Positions 9,969-21,321 of a stretch of 64,000 nt of DNA are shown piece by piece. Position numbers and translations under genes: made by a program. Position 1 is the first letter of the stretch; each line of letters starts with the position of its first letter. This DNA comes from Candidatus Eiseniibacteriota bacterium (lineage in GTDB: Bacteria; Eisenbacteria; RBG-16-71-46): NCBI GenBank assembly GCA_963717505.1, contig OY970342.1, positions 3,072,001 to 3,136,000 of the forward strand. The letters are read 5' to 3'. The notes under the pieces were generated by a model. The model had not been told where the DNA came from. It was given only the letters and a program-made list of their open reading frames with translations, and did no database searches.

Positions 9969-10946
9969 ATGGCGATGGAAAAGGCGAAGACGATCTGGAT
10001 GAACGGCAACTGGGTGCCGTGGGAGGACGCGAAGATCCACGTGCTGTCGCACGTGGCCCACTACGCGTCGAGCGTCTTCGAAGGCATCCGCGCGTACGAA
10101 ACCCCGCAGGGCCCGGCGGTGTTCCGGCTCGCCGAGCACATCGACCGACTCATGCTCTCGGCCAAGATCTATCGCATGGATGCGCCGTTCACCCGCGAAC
10201 AGATCCTGAACGCCTGCATCGAGGCGGTGGCGCGCAACGGCCTCAACGAATGTTACATCCGCCCGCTGATCTACCGCGGCTACGAGAACCTGGGGGTCAA
10301 TCCGTTCAAGAGTCCGGTCGAGGTCGCGATCGCGGCCTATCCGTGGGGCAAGTACCTGGGCGAGGACGCGCTCACCCGCGGCGTGGCGATCAAGGTCTCG
10401 AGCTGGCAGCGCATGGCGCCCAACACGCTGCCGCCGATGGCCAAGTCGTCGGCCAACTACATGAACGCGCAGCTGATCAAGATGGAGGCCCTGATCCACG
10501 GCTACGCCGAGGGCATTGCCCTCGACTCGAGCGGCTACGTCAGCGAGGGCAGCGGCCAGAACGTGTTCCTGGTGGTCAAGGGCGAGATCCTGACGCCCGC
10601 GATCCACAACAGCATCCTGGCCGGCATCACCCGCGACACGGTGATGACCCTGGCGCGCGAGCTGGGCTACCCGGTGCGTGAGGCCACGCTGCCGCGCGAG
10701 ATGCTGTACGCGGCCGACGAGATGTTCTTCAGCGGTACCGCGGTCGAAGTGTCGCCGATCATCTCGGTCGACAAACTGCCGGTCGGCGACGGCGTGCCCG
10801 GCCCGGTGACCAAGGCGATGCAGGAGGCGTACTTCGCGACCGTGCGCGGTCGCAATCCCAAGCACGCGGGTTGGCTGACTCCGGTGCGTGCAGCGGGTGC
10901 GGCGCGCGGAGTCGAGACCAAGGTCCCGGCGGCGCGGCGCGACTGA
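9969..10946 (+). CDS. ilvE: Branched-chain amino acid aminotransferase
   Basis: HYASSVFEGIRAY, YIRP, AKSSANY (PLP Lys), EGSGQN, LAGITR, SGTA. Confidence 0.95.
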   Translation: MAMEKAKTIWMNGNWVPWEDAKIHVLSHVAHYASSVFEGIRAYETPQGPAVFRLAEHIDRLMLSAKIYRMDAPFTREQILNACIEAVARNGLNECYIRPLIYRGYENLGVNPFKSPVEVAIAAYPWGKYLGEDALTRGVAIKVSSWQRMAPNTLPPMAKSSANYMNAQLIKMEALIHGYAEGIALDSSGYVSEGSGQNVFLVVKGEILTPAIHNSILAGITRDTVMTLARELGYPVREATLPREMLYAADEMFFSGTAVEVSPIISVDKLPVGDGVPGPVTKAMQEAYFATVRGRNPKHAGWLTPVRAAGAARGVETKVPAARRD

Positions 10947-10952
10947 CCCGCG

Positions 10953-11420
10953 ATGCGGGTGGCGATCGGCACCGACCACGCCGGCTTGGCGCTCAAGCTG
11001 CGCCTGGCGCGCGAGCTGGAAACGCTCGGCCATGAGGTGGTCGACCTTGGCACACAGTCGACCGAGCCGGTCGACTACCCCGACTTCTGCTTCCCGGTGG
11101 CGGAGCGCGTCGCGCGCGGAGAAGTCGACCGCGGCATCGTGCTCGGCGGCTCCGGCATCGGCGAGTCGATCGCGGCGAACAAGGTCGCCGGAATCCGCGC
11201 GGCCCTGGTGACCAGCGATGACACCGCGCGCCTGACCCGCCTGCACAACGACTCGAACGTGCTGGCGCTCGGGGCGCGGACCAACCCGGACCACGAGGCG
11301 TGTGCCCGCTGGCTGCGCATCTGGCTCGAAACCCCGTTCGAGGACGGCCGTCACGTGCCGAGACTGAAGAAGATCGCCGATTACGAGCGCGCGCACATGA
11401 CGCCCGCGAGCCGGGTCTGA
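10953..11420 (+). CDS. rpiB: Ribose-5-phosphate isomerase B
   Basis: [42 protein letters not shown]. Confidence 0.94.
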   Translation: MRVAIGTDHAGLALKLRLARELETLGHEVVDLGTQSTEPVDYPDFCFPVAERVARGEVDRGIVLGGSGIGESIAANKVAGIRAALVTSDDTARLTRLHNDSNVLALGARTNPDHEACARWLRIWLETPFEDGRHVPRLKKIADYERAHMTPASRV

Positions 11421-12676
11421 TGTCGCTGGCGAGCCAGGAACCGGAGCTGGCGCGCGCGATCGCCGCCGAAGGCCGGCGACAGGTCGAAACGCTCGAGCTG
11501 ATCGCCTCCGAGAACTTCGTGAGCCCGGCGGTGCTCGAAGCGGCGGGTTCGGTGTTCACCAACAAGTACGCCGAAGGTCTTCCCGGCAAGCGTTACTACG
11601 GGGGGTGCGAGCACGTCGACGTCGCCGAAACCATGGCGATCGAGCGTGTGAAACGGTTGTTCGGGGCCGACCATGCCAACGTCCAGGCCCACTCCGGAGC
11701 CTCGGCCAATCTCGCGGCCTACCTGGCGGTGGCGCCGGCGGGGGAGACGCTGCTCGGCATGAGCCTCGCGCACGGCGGACACCTGACTCACGGTCATCCG
11801 GTGTCGGCGAGCGGCAAGCTGTGGCACGCGGTGCAATACGGCGTGCGTCCCGAGGACGGACGCATCGACTACGATCAGGTCGCGGCTTTGGCGCGCGAGC
11901 ATCGCCCGAAGTTGATCGTCGCCGGCGCCAGCGCCTACCCGCGCACCATCGACTTCGCGCGTTTCGCTGCGATCGCGCAGGAGGTTTCGGCCGCACTGGT
12001 GGTCGACATGGCGCACATCGCCGGACTGGTGGCGGCCGGGCTCCATCCCAACCCGGTGCCGCATGCCGACCTGGTGACCAGCACCACGCACAAGACTCTA
12101 CGCGGCCCGCGCGGCGGCTTCGTCCTGGCGACGCGCGAGCGGGCCGAGGCGTTGGACAAGACCGTGTTCCCCGGACTTCAGGGCGGGCCGCTGATGCACA
12201 TCATCGCCGCCAAGGCGGTGTGCTTTGGCGAAGCGCTGAGCGATGGATTCCAGGACTACGCCCGGCGCGTCGTCGAGAATGCGCGCATTCTGGCCGAGAC
12301 GCTCACCGGTCACGGCTTCGACCTGGTGTCGGGGGGCACCGACAATCACCTGATGTTGGTCGACCTGCGCCGCCGGAAGCTGACCGGCAAGGTGGCGGAA
12401 GAAGCGCTCCATCGCGCCGGGATCACGGTCAACAAGAACGCGGTCCCCGACGATCCGCATAAGCCGTGGGTGACGAGCGGCGTCCGGATCGGGACGCCGG
12501 CGTTGACGACGCGTGGCATGGGCGCCGACGACATGCGCCAGATCGGCGATTGGATCGCGCGCATTCTCGAGCGGCCCGAGGACGCGAATCTCGGCGCCGA
12601 AGTCGGTCGCTCGGTCCGCGAGATGGCCGCGGGCTTCCCGGCATTCACCTGGGAACCGGCGGTGCGCACCCGGTAA
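11420..12676 (+). CDS. glyA: Serine hydroxymethyltransferase
   Basis: [43 protein letters not shown]. Confidence 0.97.
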   Translation: MSLASQEPELARAIAAEGRRQVETLELIASENFVSPAVLEAAGSVFTNKYAEGLPGKRYYGGCEHVDVAETMAIERVKRLFGADHANVQAHSGASANLAAYLAVAPAGETLLGMSLAHGGHLTHGHPVSASGKLWHAVQYGVRPEDGRIDYDQVAALAREHRPKLIVAGASAYPRTIDFARFAAIAQEVSAALVVDMAHIAGLVAAGLHPNPVPHADLVTSTTHKTLRGPRGGFVLATRERAEALDKTVFPGLQGGPLMHIIAAKAVCFGEALSDGFQDYARRVVENARILAETLTGHGFDLVSGGTDNHLMLVDLRRRKLTGKVAEEALHRAGITVNKNAVPDDPHKPWVTSGVRIGTPALTTRGMGADDMRQIGDWIARILERPEDANLGAEVGRSVREMAAGFPAFTWEPAVRTR

Positions 12677-12819
12677 TCCCCGTCCGCCTCGGCGGCCTCG
12701 ACGTTGCAGGCTGTAAACCGGGCCCGATGATTCTGCACGGGGGTTCGGACTCCGGGTGAGATGGCGCAGTCCCTGCGATTGTGGCGCAACGAGTTGCGCG
12801 CTCGCCGCCGGCGCTTCGA

Positions 12820-12835
12820 TGGCACCGGTTCTGCA
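12820..12835 (+). promoter_or_regulatory. Putative sigma54 (-24/-12) promoter TGGCAC-N5-CTGCA
   Basis: GG-N10-GC spacing, one mismatch to TGGCAC-N5-TTGC; upstream palindromes 12765-12777 and 12784-12799. Confidence 0.6.
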
Positions 12836-12873
12836 ACGGCGGAGCGGCCGCTCACCTGGAGACCTCCGCCATC

Positions 12874-13281
12874 ATGCTCGACTTCTCGCGTTTCACGGAG
12901 CAGATCCGCTCGACGCTGCACGGCGGCGCGGGACTCCACCGCTCGGCCCTGCTCGCGGCCCACGCCGGACGCCACGAACGCGCCGAACGGTTGTTCGAGG
13001 CGGCCGCGGGTCGCTACCGGCGCGACCTCGAGGTCGAACCCCTGGCGCGGCTCCGGGTGCATCAGATGATGGCGCGCGTCCTGGCCGGACGCGATCCGTC
13101 GAGCGATGCGCAACGCTGTCTCGAGGTCGAGCGCCGCCTGGTCCGTCTCGATCGCATCGAGTCCCCGCACCCGCCTTTCACGTTGGTGGACGCGCGTTCG
13201 GTTCTGGCGTCGTGGATCCGGCCTGGATTCAATGTGCGCGACTCGGACGTCGACGACTCCCAACAGCGCACGGCGGCCTGA
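12874..13281 (+). CDS. Hypothetical helical (TPR-like) protein, 135 aa
   Basis: ATG 12874 with GGAGA upstream; fills gap between glyA and moxR; AGRHERAERLFEAA resembles a TPR helix. Confidence 0.65.
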   Translation: MLDFSRFTEQIRSTLHGGAGLHRSALLAAHAGRHERAERLFEAAAGRYRRDLEVEPLARLRVHQMMARVLAGRDPSSDAQRCLEVERRLVRLDRIESPHPPFTLVDARSVLASWIRPGFNVRDSDVDDSQQRTAA

Positions 13282-13440
13282 CCAAACGTTGACTTGCGGG
13301 ACCGCGCCGGTCCCGCCTCCTCCCGCATCCGGCGTCGTACGTGGCATCGGTCGGAGGCCGTCGCTATACTGCGTCGTTCGCGATCGGTCGGAGCGCACTC
13401 GGTGCTTCGATCGCGATCGCTGCGACTCGCGGGGGCACCG

Positions 13441-14426
<986 letters not shown>

Positions 14427-14427
<1 letters not shown>

Positions 14428-15311
14428 TGCAGACCCACGAGCTGCTGCGCAAGGTGCGCCGGCTCGAGATCCGGAGCCGTCACCTGGTCGAGGACCTGTT
14501 CGCAGGTCGCTCGGTGAGCGTGTTCAAAGGACGCGGCATCGAGTTCGAAGAGGTGCGGGCCTACGTTCCCGGCGACGAGGTCCGCGACATCGACTGGAAC
14601 GTGACGGCGCGGCTCGGCGCCCCGTTCGTCAAGCGCTTCGTCGAGGAGCGCGAGCTGACCGTGATGCTGGTGGTCGACGTTTCGCGCTCGATGCGCTTCG
14701 GCACCACCGGCACCGAGAAGCGCGAGCTGGCGGCCGAGCTGTGCGCGGTGCTCGGATTCGCCGCGGTCAGCAACAACGACCGCCTGGGGCTGGTGCTAGC
14801 CGGCGAAGGGGTCGAGCACTTCGTGCCGCCGGCGCGCGGGCGGACGCACCTGTTGCGCCTGCTGCGCGACATCCTCGGGACGCCGGCCGGAAGTGGTACC
14901 ACGTCGGTCGCGGCCGCCGCCCAGTTCCTATTGCGTACCAGCCACCGGCGGAGCCTGGTGTTCTGGATCTCGGATTTCGAGGAGCCGCCGGATCCCGACG
15001 ACCTGCGGGTCCTGTCGCGCCGGCACGAGCTGACCGCGTTCGTCCTGCGCGATCCGCGCGACGAAGCCCTGCCGGCCGCCGGCTGGGTCGAGCTCGAAGA
15101 TCTGGAGACCGGCCAGCGCGCGATCGTGAACACCGGCAGCCGGCGGGTGCGCGAGCAATACCAGAAGGATGCGCGCGAGCGCCGTAAACGCGCGGAGCGA
15201 GCGCTGTCGCGTGCGCGCTGTCCGGTGCTCGAGGTGCGCACCGACCGCTCGTACGTGCCCACTCTGATCCGTTTCTTCTCGACGCGGCGCGCGCGCCGCG
15301 CCCGGGCATGA
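14427..15311 (+). CDS. DUF58 family VWA-like protein
   Basis: FKGRGIEFEEVRAYVPGDEVRDIDWNVTAR, DVSRSM, ISDF. Confidence 0.92.
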
Positions 15312-16291
15312 GTCGCGCGCGCGCAGGTGCGGTATTGGCCCTGGTCCTCTGCGCCACGTCGGGAGTGGCGGGAGTGGGGTTCGGTCAGGAGACCGACGCC
15401 GAGCTGCGCGCCCGCGCCACGGTGTCCCCGGGAACCGTTCGGCTCGGTGAGCCGGTGCGTTACCGCGGGGTGGTGTTGTTGCCGCCGGGCACCTCCCATG
15501 CGCGCTGGGTGCCGCCCGAGAAGGACCCCGACCTGACCTGGGGTGAGCTCGAGCCCAAGCGTGTGCGCGTCCAAGGCGCGAGCGCGCCCGACACGCTGAT
15601 GGTCGAGGCGACGCTTCAGGTGTTTCGCTTGGGAACCCTGATGATCCCGGGCCTGCGCTTCGAGTCCGGTACTGCGGGTGCCATCACCACCCACCGACTG
15701 CCGGGGGTGGCGCTGATCGTGATGCCCATGCTCTCGGCCGCGGACTCGAATGCCGACCTGCGTCCGCCGCGCGGGCCGGCAGCGGCACCGTGGTGGGAAC
15801 AGGTGCCGTGGCGTTGGGTGTTGCTGGTGCTCGCCGCACTCACGCTGATCGCGGCCGCCGTGGTCTGGTGGCGCCGGCGGGCGCGCCGCGCGATTCCCGG
15901 GGTGACGCCCGCGGCTGATCCCGCGGCAGCGGCACTGGCGGAGCTCGCGGCGTTGCGCGGACTCCACCTGCCGGCGCACGGTCGATTCGCCGAGCATGCG
16001 TTCCAGCTGACGCGCATCATCCGTCGCTACCTCGAGGTGGTGGTGCATGCGCCGCGTCCGGGTCACACGTCGAGCGAGCTGATGAGCGCACTCGAGCGCA
16101 CGCGACTCACCGACGACCACCGGAAGATGCTCGGGGCGCTGCTCCGGGTCTGGGATCGCGTCAAGTTCGCGCGCGCCCCATCGAACGTCGAAGAGTCGAT
16201 GCGCGCCGAGGAGCTGGTCGAGCAGCTGATTCGCCAACTGGGGCGTCCACCTGCGGACGCGACCGACACCACGACCGGAAGGGCGGCCTGA
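15308..16291 (+). CDS. Exported single-TM protein of the Bat operon
   Basis: Signal peptide, beta-rich domain, TM, C-terminal IIRRYLE...TSSE...DRVKFA helix domain; position between DUF58 and batA. Confidence 0.75.
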   Translation: MSRARAGAVLALVLCATSGVAGVGFGQETDAELRARATVSPGTVRLGEPVRYRGVVLLPPGTSHARWVPPEKDPDLTWGELEPKRVRVQGASAPDTLMVEATLQVFRLGTLMIPGLRFESGTAGAITTHRLPGVALIVMPMLSAADSNADLRPPRGPAAAPWWEQVPWRWVLLVLAALTLIAAAVVWWRRRARRAIPGVTPAADPAAAALAELAALRGLHLPAHGRFAEHAFQLTRIIRRYLEVVVHAPRPGHTSSELMSALERTRLTDDHRKMLGALLRVWDRVKFARAPSNVEESMRAEELVEQLIRQLGRPPADATDTTTGRAA

Positions 16292-17271
16292 TGCGCTTCG
16301 AGTACCCCTGGCTGCTGCTCGGGCTGGCGCTGATTCCGGCACTCGCGCTGTTCGTCCTGCCGCGCGCGCGGCGTCCGGCGGCGGTGCTGTGGGTGCGGAC
16401 GTCGTTCCCGGGTCGGGCCCGCGTCGGCGCCCTGGCGCTGCGCCTGGTGGAAGGGCTGCCCTGGCTCGCGATGGCGCTGGCATGCATCGCCATCGCCCGG
16501 CCGCAACAAGGCCTGCGCCTGAGCGAGGTCGAGACCCAGGGCGTCGACATCATGCTGTCGATCGACATCTCTCCGAGCATGGCGGCCGAGGACTTCCAGC
16601 CGGCCAACCGACTGATCGTGGCCAAGAACGCGGCGCGCGATTTCGTTCGCCACCGGCGCCACGATCGGATGGGGCTGGTCGGATTCGCGGGCACGGCCTT
16701 CCTACAATGTCCGCTGACTCTGGATCACCAAACCCTCGAGGACCTGCTCGGCGCCCTGGACTTCGGCATGGCCGAAGACGGCACCGCAGTCGGCATGGGG
16801 CTCGCTACCGCGGTCTCGGGATTGCGGGAGAGTCGCTCTCCGAGTCGCATCGTCATCCTGCTGACCGACGGGCAGAGCAATCGCGGCGCGGTCGATCCGC
16901 TGACCGCTGCCGATCTGGCGCGGGCGATGAACGTGAAGGTCTACACGGTGCTCGCCGGTCGGGGTGGCGTGGTGCCGGTGCCGGTCGAAGATCCGCTGCT
17001 CGGCCGGCGCACCGAGATGGTGCGTATGGACGTCGACGAGACCTCGTTGCGCGAGATCGCGAAGCGCACCGGGGGCCGGTTCTTCCGCGCCACCGATCCC
17101 GAAGCACTGTCCGCGATCTACGCCGAGATCGATCGGCTCGAGCAGGCGCCGATCAAATCGATCGAGTACCGCGAATACTTCGATCTCGGTCCGTGGCTGA
17201 TGCTCGCGGCCGCGGCCCTGCTGACATTGCATCTGGCCAGTGTCGCGACCTGGGCGTTCCGACTGCCATGA
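16291..17271 (+). CDS. batA: VWA-domain membrane protein, BatA-like
   Basis: MRFEYPWLL, ARPQ, MIDAS DISPSM, PLTLD, LLTDG, GGRFFRA. Confidence 0.88.
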   Translation: MRFEYPWLLLGLALIPALALFVLPRARRPAAVLWVRTSFPGRARVGALALRLVEGLPWLAMALACIAIARPQQGLRLSEVETQGVDIMLSIDISPSMAAEDFQPANRLIVAKNAARDFVRHRRHDRMGLVGFAGTAFLQCPLTLDHQTLEDLLGALDFGMAEDGTAVGMGLATAVSGLRESRSPSRIVILLTDGQSNRGAVDPLTAADLARAMNVKVYTVLAGRGGVVPVPVEDPLLGRRTEMVRMDVDETSLREIAKRTGGRFFRATDPEALSAIYAEIDRLEQAPIKSIEYREYFDLGPWLMLAAAALLTLHLASVATWAFRLP

Positions 17272-19013
17272 TCTTCTCCGATCCGCGCTGGCTCGCTGCC
17301 CTGTGGGTGGTTCCCGTCGCCCTGGCACTGGTGTTCTGGCTCGACCGGCGAGCGCGGGGCGCTCTGCGCCGGCTGGTCGGCGAGCGCAGCGACGTCTCGC
17401 TGCTCGCGCAGGTGCGGCCGCGCGGACGGATGTGGACGGGCGGCCTGCGGGCACTGGCGATCGGGTTGCTGGTCGTGGGTGCGGCGCGGCCGGAATGGGG
17501 CCGCGAAGTGGTGCGCCGCGCCGCGACCGGCTCGGACGTGGTGCTGGTGGTGGATGTTTCGGCGAGCATGGACGTGCGCGACGTTGCGCCGAGTCGACTC
17601 CACGAAGCGCGGCGTGAAGCGGCCGCGGTGCTCGAGCGGCTGGGCGGAAGTCGCGTCGGGGTCGTGGCCTTCGCCGGCGACGCGGTGCGCCTGTGCCCGC
17701 TGACGCTCGACCGCGCCGCCGCGCGGCTGACGCTCGAATCGCTGTCGAGCTATTCGGTGAGCGCACCGGGCTCCGACCTGGGGCGCGGACTGCGGCTGGC
17801 CGCCCGGATGCTGCCGGCCGGGCGGCGCGAGGAGCAGGCGATCGTGGTTTGGACCGACGGCGAGGATCTCGAAGCCGGCGCGCACGAGGCGGCCGACGAA
17901 CTGGCCGAATCCGGCGTGCGCGTGTTCGCGGTCGGCGTCGGCACGCCGGCCGGGGACGTGGTCCCGGTGCTCGACGAGCAAGGGCGCGTGGTCGACATCA
18001 AGCGCGAGGAGGGTGGGGCCCCTCATCGCAGCCGGCTCGACATCGAGGTGCTGCGCCACGTGGCGCGCCGCACCCGCGGCGCGGTGTTCGCGGCGTCGCG
18101 GCCGGGGGGGGAATTGCCGCGACTGCTGGCGGCTCTGGGCGCGCTGTCTCGTTCGGCCCGCGGCGAGCGCCTGGTCGAACGTCCGGTGGCACGTTTCATG
18201 TGGTTCGCGGCCGCGGCGTTGTTGCTGCTCGCGATCGAACGGGTCGGCTTCCGCCGCCGCCGCGAGGTGGCGAACCGGCTCGAGCCACCCGCCGACGCGG
18301 CGCCGGCAACGCGCCGGATGGCGGCGGGACGAGCTGCGGCCGCGGCGATCGCGGTGGCGTTGCTCGTGCCGGGCGAGACGCACGCCCAGAGCGACTGGGC
18401 GCGCGGCGACCGCGCGTATCGCTCGGGCCGGTTCGCGGAAGCGGACTCGCTCTACACTCGGCGCCTGAGTCGGAAGGAACATCCGTCGGTCCGTCTGAAC
18501 CGAGCGACCTCCCGTGCGCTGGCGCCCAAACCCGAAGGGCGCGCCCGCGGGCTCGAGGAGCTGGATGGGCTCGCCGGTCGCACCGACGCCGTCGGTCCCT
18601 GGGCTGGCTACAATCTCGGCACGCTGCTCGGTGAAGACGGCGAACTCGAGCGAGGACTCGCGACACTCCGGCGTGCGCTCGAGCGGAATCCGGCCGACGA
18701 AGATGCCCGCTGGAACTACGAGGTGCTGCGCCAGCGGCAGGAACGGCAACGCCAGCAGGAGCCGCCGCCGTCGCCACGACCCCAGCAGCCTCAGCCTCAG
18801 CCGCAGGGCTCGCCGCCGCCTACGCCGCCACCGTCGCAGGGCACCCCGCAGCCGGATGTGGCGCCACCGTCACCCGCGCCGCGTCCGATTCAGGGGATGA
18901 GTCGCGAACAGGCCGAGCAGATCCTCGACGCGCTCCAGGAGATGCAGCGCATGGAGCAGCAGCGGCAGCGACGCGTGCGGGTGCTGCAGGAGAAGCGCGG
19001 CCGTGACTGGTAG
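17268..19013 (+). CDS. VWA + TPR protein (BatB-BatC fusion)
   Basis: ARPEWG, DVSASM, WTDGED, then TPRs (YNLG, ARWNYE), Pro/Gln linker, MSREQAEQIL...RDW end. Confidence 0.85.
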   Translation: MIFSDPRWLAALWVVPVALALVFWLDRRARGALRRLVGERSDVSLLAQVRPRGRMWTGGLRALAIGLLVVGAARPEWGREVVRRAATGSDVVLVVDVSASMDVRDVAPSRLHEARREAAAVLERLGGSRVGVVAFAGDAVRLCPLTLDRAAARLTLESLSSYSVSAPGSDLGRGLRLAARMLPAGRREEQAIVVWTDGEDLEAGAHEAADELAESGVRVFAVGVGTPAGDVVPVLDEQGRVVDIKREEGGAPHRSRLDIEVLRHVARRTRGAVFAASRPGGELPRLLAALGALSRSARGERLVERPVARFMWFAAAALLLLAIERVGFRRRREVANRLEPPADAAPATRRMAAGRAAAAAIAVALLVPGETHAQSDWARGDRAYRSGRFAEADSLYTRRLSRKEHPSVRLNRATSRALAPKPEGRARGLEELDGLAGRTDAVGPWAGYNLGTLLGEDGELERGLATLRRALERNPADEDARWNYEVLRQRQERQRQQEPPPSPRPQQPQPQPQGSPPPTPPPSQGTPQPDVAPPSPAPRPIQGMSREQAEQILDALQEMQRMEQQRQRRVRVLQEKRGRDW

Positions 19014-21321
19014 CCGCGGGCGCGCCGGCGTCACGTGCGTGGGAGCGATGCTGGTGGCTCTGCTGGCCGGCGCTCCGCTCGCGCGTGCCGAGGTCGGAAT
19101 CGAGGCGCGCTTCGATCGCAGCACGATCCCGCTCGGCGAGAGCGCGACCCTGATGGTGATCATCAAGGGCAGCAACGCCGCCGAGACGCCCGACTTCCAG
19201 GTTCCCGAGGGATTGGACGCGAACGCGGCCGGCCGATCGCAGAGTTTTTCGTGGGTGAATGGCCGGAGCTCGAGCGAGGTCGCATACCGTTACGAGATCA
19301 TCGGTCGCGCCGAAGGCACGTACACCATTGGCCCGATCCGGGTGCGGGCCGGCGGGCGCACGTACGAGTTGGAGGCGATGCGCCTGCAGGTGGTGTCGGC
19401 CCCGGCCCCGACCTCGTCGCCGCGATCACCGGCGGCCGGAGATCCGTACGCGGATCTCAGAGTGGATGTCAGTCCGGCGCAACCCTATGTGGGTCAGCCG
19501 GTGATCCTGCGCGTGCGCCTGGTCCAGTCGGCGCCGCTGGCCGACGATCCACGCTACACGCCGCCCTCGACCACCGGATTCTGGGGAGAGCGGCCGAGTG
19601 CTCCCGAGTCGTACTACGGGGAGGTGAATGGGAGTCGGGTGCTGGTGACCGAAACCCGCAGCCGGCTCTATCCCCTCGAGACCGGTGTTCAGACCGTTGG
19701 GCCGGCTTCGGCGATCATCGTGCTCCATAGCGGCGCCTCGCGTCTCGATCCGTTCGGCTGGTTCGGCGGCGCCCGCCGGGCGATGGAGCTGAGCAGTGAT
19801 TCCTTCCGGGTTCGCGTGCGGGCGCTCCCCGCCGGTGCCCCCGAGAGTCATTCCGGCGCTGTCGGACGGTTCGAAGTGGCGTGGAACGCCGACGCCGGGC
19901 GCGTGACCCAGGACCAGCCGATCACGGTCCGACTCGAGGTGCGCGGCAATGGCAACCTGCCGCTGTTGCGCCCGCCGATCCTCAGCGACGAAGATTTCGA
20001 CGTCCTGCCGCCGGTCCTGGACGACAGCCTGGCGGCTCCCGGTTCGCTCGAGTCCGGACGGCGCACCTTCCGCTGGACGCTGCTGGCGCGCCGCTCGGGA
20101 TCGTTGACGATGCCGTCGCCACACTGGAGCTGGTTCGATCCGTCGTCCGGGCAGTACCGCACACTGGACCTCGAACCCCTGCGCTTCGAGGTCGGGCCCG
20201 CGACGTCGCGCGCCGAAGATCCCGGAGCGCGCTGGCCGGCAGTGTTCGTGGAGCATCCGCTCGATCCGTGGCGGCGCCCGGCGAACCCGTGGTTGGCCCT
20301 GATCGCCGGGGCGTTGATCGGCGCTTCGGTGTGGCGGGTGCGGTCCAGCCAGCCGGCCTCGACCGATCGCGAAGCCGTTGCGCGGCGCGGCGCGCTGTCG
20401 GCGGCACTCGGACGTGCGCGTGGCTCGGAGTACTGGTCGGCCGCCGATCAGGCGTTGGCGTGGTTGCGCGCTCGCGGGCGGCCCGAGGTCGAACTCGAGC
20501 GTGTGGTTGCTGCGGCGCGCTACGGACGTGAAGCGGGTTCGCATCAGCAGGTGAACGATGCCCTGAAGCAGGCGCTGGCTCGCGCGATCCCCGGGAGTGG
20601 CGGCCGCGCGTTGCAGGTGGCTCTGGGGGTTGGCCTCGCGGCCTGTGGTTTGGCGGCGGTGGTTTTCGCTTCACCGTGGCCGGGCACCGGACGCGGTCGC
20701 GATCTGGCGATCGCGGCCGATCGCCTGGCCCAGTCGGGTGACCTCGGCCGTGCCGAGCGTGCATGGGACGAAATGTGGCGGAGCGGATCGCGATCCCCCG
20801 GGCTCGCGGCGCGCCGCGCGTGGGGCGAGCTGGCGGCCGGTCAGGTGGCCGCGGCCTCGGCGTGGATTCTGCGCGGCGAAGCGACCGGCGAGCCGGACCG
20901 CTCCCTGGCCTGGGTGCGCGAACGCGTGCGCGAGGCGGGCGGGCTGGCCGGGACGTCGGCGTCCGTCTTGCCCCTGGGGGCACTGGTGTGGTCGGGGGCA
21001 GCCTTGCTCTTTCTCGTGATGGCGGGCGTGTGGCGTTCACCCCGTGCCGCGCTCGCCTGTATCACCGCCGGGGTGCTGTGCGCCGCGGCGCCGGATCTCG
21101 GCCAGGTCTGGCGGTCGCGCGAACCCCGCGCCGTGGTGGTGCGCGAGGTCGGACTCGAGGGCACGGCTTTGTCGCTCGAACCGGGGCGTGTCGTGGTCGT
21201 CCGGCAGCGTTCGGGCGAGCGCGCGCAGGTGCGCGCCGGTCGCGGCGTCGAGGGCTGGGTGCGCGCCGATCACCTGCTCTCGCTCGAGCCTGCTCGAGTC
21301 GACGCCAAGGAGCCGGGGTGA
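19003..21321 (+). CDS. BatD-family protein with C-terminal TPR/SH3-like (BatE-like) region
   Basis: Signal peptide, SQSFSWVNGRSS, GAVGRF, GNGNL, FDPSSGQY; C-terminal VEGWV SH3-like; start may be ATG 19048. Confidence 0.8.
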   Translation: MTGSRGRAGVTCVGAMLVALLAGAPLARAEVGIEARFDRSTIPLGESATLMVIIKGSNAAETPDFQVPEGLDANAAGRSQSFSWVNGRSSSEVAYRYEIIGRAEGTYTIGPIRVRAGGRTYELEAMRLQVVSAPAPTSSPRSPAAGDPYADLRVDVSPAQPYVGQPVILRVRLVQSAPLADDPRYTPPSTTGFWGERPSAPESYYGEVNGSRVLVTETRSRLYPLETGVQTVGPASAIIVLHSGASRLDPFGWFGGARRAMELSSDSFRVRVRALPAGAPESHSGAVGRFEVAWNADAGRVTQDQPITVRLEVRGNGNLPLLRPPILSDEDFDVLPPVLDDSLAAPGSLESGRRTFRWTLLARRSGSLTMPSPHWSWFDPSSGQYRTLDLEPLRFEVGPATSRAEDPGARWPAVFVEHPLDPWRRPANPWLALIAGALIGASVWRVRSSQPASTDREAVARRGALSAALGRARGSEYWSAADQALAWLRARGRPEVELERVVAAARYGREAGSHQQVNDALKQALARAIPGSGGRALQVALGVGLAACGLAAVVFASPWPGTGRGRDLAIAADRLAQSGDLGRAERAWDEMWRSGSRSPGLAARRAWGELAAGQVAAASAWILRGEATGEPDRSLAWVRERVREAGGLAGTSASVLPLGALVWSGAALLFLVMAGVWRSPRAALACITAGVLCAAAPDLGQVWRSREPRAVVVREVGLEGTALSLEPGRVVVVRQRSGERAQVRAGRGVEGWVRADHLLSLEPARVDAKEPG

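Noticed and set aside
12762-12777. Second sigma54 promoter TGGCGCAGTCCCTGCG
   Set aside because: Has GG-N10-GC spacing but is a poorer match than 12820 and is itself palindromic, so it is better read as a protein-binding site.
18730-18890. CAG/CCG-rich low-complexity repeat
   Set aside because: Encodes the Pro/Gln linker usual in BatC-type TPR proteins.
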